A stretch of 43,201 nucleotides of DNA, taken from contig MNWE01000046.1 of NCBI GenBank assembly GCA_001872265.1, forward strand, positions 1 to 43,201, written 5' to 3'. The notes under the pieces were generated by a model that was not told where the DNA came from, did no database searches, and saw only the letters and a list, made by a program, of their open reading frames with translations. Shown here piece by piece: positions 42,817-43,201 of this stretch; positions within the stretch are counted from its first letter, which is position 1, and every line of letters begins with the position of its first letter. The stretch is from Parcubacteria group bacterium CG1_02_39_15. Lineage in GTDB: Bacteria > Patescibacteriota > Minisyncoccia > Minisyncoccales > Paceibacteraceae. Both the position numbers and the translations under genes were made by a program.

Positions 42817-43117
42817 CGCGGGATGGAGAAGTAGTATCTTGCGAGGCCCATAAAATTTTGTGGCCCAGGGTGGCAACATCCTGTGGAAAACTTCCTAAAT
42901 TGCTGGGAACCCCTACTTTTCAGCTTAGAAGGTAGGGCAATCAGCAGCCAAGCCCTGTGAGATAATTTCATATCTTATAGGGAAGGTTCAGAGACTATAA
43001 TGGAAGCCCCATGAGATAATTTTCTATCTCACGGGGGTGGTATAGTCCGTCCCATTTGGTAACAAATGGATTAACATAGAGAACCTCGAGACGTGGGTGC
43101 AATTCCCACTCCCGCAA
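42817..43117 (+). tRNA. Initiator tRNA-fMet (CAU) interrupted by a group I intron (exons 42817-42851 and 43082-43117)
   Basis: The joined exons give CGCGGGA-UG-GAGA-AGUAGUA-UCUU-G-CGAGG-CCCAUAA-CCUCG-AGAC-GUGGG-UGCAAUU-CCCAC-UCCCGCA-A. This parallels E. coli tRNA-fMet, including the C1xA72 mismatch. Confidence 0.85.
42852..43081 (+). ncRNA. Group I intron, 230 nt, no ORF
   Basis: P (AAAUUGCUGGGAA, 42897-42909), Q (AAUCAGCAGCC, 42939-42949), R (GUUCAGAGACUAUA, 42986-42999) and S (UAUAGUCC, 43041-48) are present. P1 pairs CCAU with GUGG, with a U-G wobble at the splice site. P3 is CUUCC/GGAAG and P7 is GACUA/UAGUC. P2 and P9 have GNRA loops. The terminal G is at 43081. Confidence 0.85.
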
Positions 43118-43131
43118 CAAGGAAGGTGCCG

Positions 43132-43201
43132 GCCGGGGTAGCTCAGCGGTTAGTAGCAGGGTCTTCATAAGGCCAAGGTCGTGAGTTCAAATCTCACCCC
43201 C
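43132..43201 (+). tRNA. tRNA with CAU anticodon (elongator Met or Ile2), 3' end cut by the window edge
   Basis: GCCGGGG-UA-GCUC...UAGC-A-GGGUC-UUCAUAA-GGCCA-AGGUC-GUGAG-UUCAAAU-CUCAC-CCCC... Confidence 0.85.

Noticed and set aside
42817-43117. tmRNA (ssrA). The region has tRNA-like ends around a ~300-nt structured RNA. A possible tag ORF, GCA AUC AGC AGC CAA GCC CUG UGA, is preceded by UAG.
   Set aside because: The acceptor stem has G3-C70 rather than the G3-U70 alanine identity pair. The supposed tag is the group I Q element (AAUCAGCAGCC). The flanks form a complete tRNA with D and anticodon arms and a CAU anticodon. All group I core elements are present.

Overview
AT-rich, tightly packed bacterial window. 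The gene content points to a reduced, CPR/Patescibacteria-like genome: no L30 gene between rpsE and rplO, short aminoacyl-tRNA synthetases, lysine-rich tails on ribosomal proteins, and no Shine-Dalgarno motifs. The core is a near-complete ribosomal super-operon on the + strand. It runs rpsL-rpsG-fusA-tuf, then rpsJ to rpsQ, then rplN to rplO-secY-adk-map. A 6.3-kb block of unrelated genes follows (GT2, galT-like, tpiA, DUF458, alaS, one membrane protein). The operon then resumes with infA-rpmJ-rpsM-rpsK-rpsD-rpoA-rplQ-rplM-rpsI. Downstream lie a stand-alone Cas4-like nuclease, a PEGA-domain protein (- strand), an MFS transporter, two mreB paralogs, holB, frr, rseP, proS, gatC, gatA and a tRNA cluster. 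Three observations stand out. (1) The initiator tRNA-fMet gene at the right end is split in its anticodon loop by a 230-nt ORF-less group I intron, with readable P/Q/R/S elements, a G-U wobble at the 5' splice site and a terminal G. (2) Almost every intergenic spacer longer than about 50 nt holds a long imperfect hairpin built from short periodic words. There are several families (CCAAATT, CACAGAT, CGCTGA, TATATC, and a 105-nt element present in both orientations). Half-copies read in frame into essential genes (S5 C-terminus, GatA, GalT N-terminus). (3) A 13-nt motif CCCCGTTAGAAAT recurs as inverted pairs abutting stop and start codons between 31.3 and 34.5 kb, with one single variant copy at the mreB2 stop (40.5 kb). 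Also noted: a 31-aa EF-G insertion, an RpoA without the alpha-CTD, and a 45-nt tandem triplication of the rpsI 3' end.
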